Assembly: GCA_023229115.1 (NCBI GenBank)
Contig: JALNZW010000005.1
Span: 23,050-87,049, forward strand
Source of the DNA: Patescibacteria group bacterium
GTDB lineage: Bacteria > Patescibacteriota > Patescibacteriia > Patescibacteriales > UBA12465
DNA length: 64,000 bases
Direction: 5' to 3'
Shown here: piece by piece, positions 63,862 to 64,000 of the stretch
How positions within the stretch are numbered: the first letter of the stretch is position 1
How the letters are laid out: every line of letters starts with the position of its first letter
Program-made: the position numbers and the translations under genes
The notes under the pieces: generated by a model
Databases searched by the model: none
Told to the model about the DNA's origin: nothing
Seen by the model: only the letters and a program-made list of their open reading frames with translations

Positions 63862-64000
63862 TTAAAATTTTTTATCCATAGCCAAATTAGCCAAACGATC
63901 AGCCTCTTTGTTTTTTTCTCGAGGGATATGAACGAATTTAATATCTTTAAAAGTTTGAGATAAATTATATACCTCTAAAAATAAAGGGGCTAACTCTTGA
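63862..64000 (-). CDS. 3' end of a probable RNase H-family gene (continues beyond the window)
   Basis: The minus-strand translation ends ..VHIPREKNKEADRLANLAMDKKF*. The H-x-P-R-E-x-N-x-x-A-D-x-L-A pattern is typical of RNase HI-type C-termini. Confidence 0.45.
   Translation of the reverse strand, partial: QELAPLFLEVYNLSQTFKDIKFVHIPREKNKEADRLANLAMDKKF

Noticed and set aside
1-64000. Alternative genetic code (UGA recoding, as in some CPR and Mollicutes lineages)
   Set aside because: All conserved genes give full-length products with the standard code and end at positions consistent with homolog lengths. No in-frame TGA needs to be read through.

Overview
AT-rich (roughly 30% GC by eye, not computed) bacterial chromosomal segment read with the standard genetic code. 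Most of it is compact housekeeping: polA, murD, holA, four tRNAs, rpsT, rpsO, pnp, rpsP, trmD, nrnA-like, rbfA, infB, clpB, radA, metG, rsmA, leuS, xth and four 2-oxoacid:ferredoxin oxidoreductase subunits. The gene style suggests a Candidate Phyla Radiation (Patescibacteria)-type organism: Lys/Glu-rich tails on ribosomal proteins, a T4SS-pilin-like protein, a Gram-positive-type T4SS-like cluster, a giant Cys-rich secreted protein and many orphan genes. This placement is inference only. The loci that stand out are: (1) a tightly packed 10.5-kb T4SS-like cluster (PrgI-like, VirB4 split by a single in-frame TAA, a VirB6-like giant membrane protein and four unassignable proteins) running straight into dsbA and radA. 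(2) A 2813-aa Cys-rich secreted protein with a recurring C-x5-GC motif and jelly-roll-like modules, next to a thrombospondin-type-3-like partner. (3) Two GC-richer genes with Bacteroidota-style export signals, one a T9SS C-terminal sorting domain and one an acidic lipoprotein export signal. (4) A GIY-YIG nuclease gene embedded between inverted arrays of a GAAA-loop hairpin repeat that shows compensatory stem changes. (5) A T4SS-pilin-like protein with a Cys-rich extension inserted between porA and porB. (6) A WecA/TagO-like glycosyltransferase fused to QueH. (7) A membrane-anchored Clp/Hsp100 paralog with a degenerate first ATPase module. (8) A CIRCE-like operator under a consensus promoter in front of clpB. 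An IS481-like insertion sequence is also present. All family assignments come from motif recognition by eye; no searches were run.
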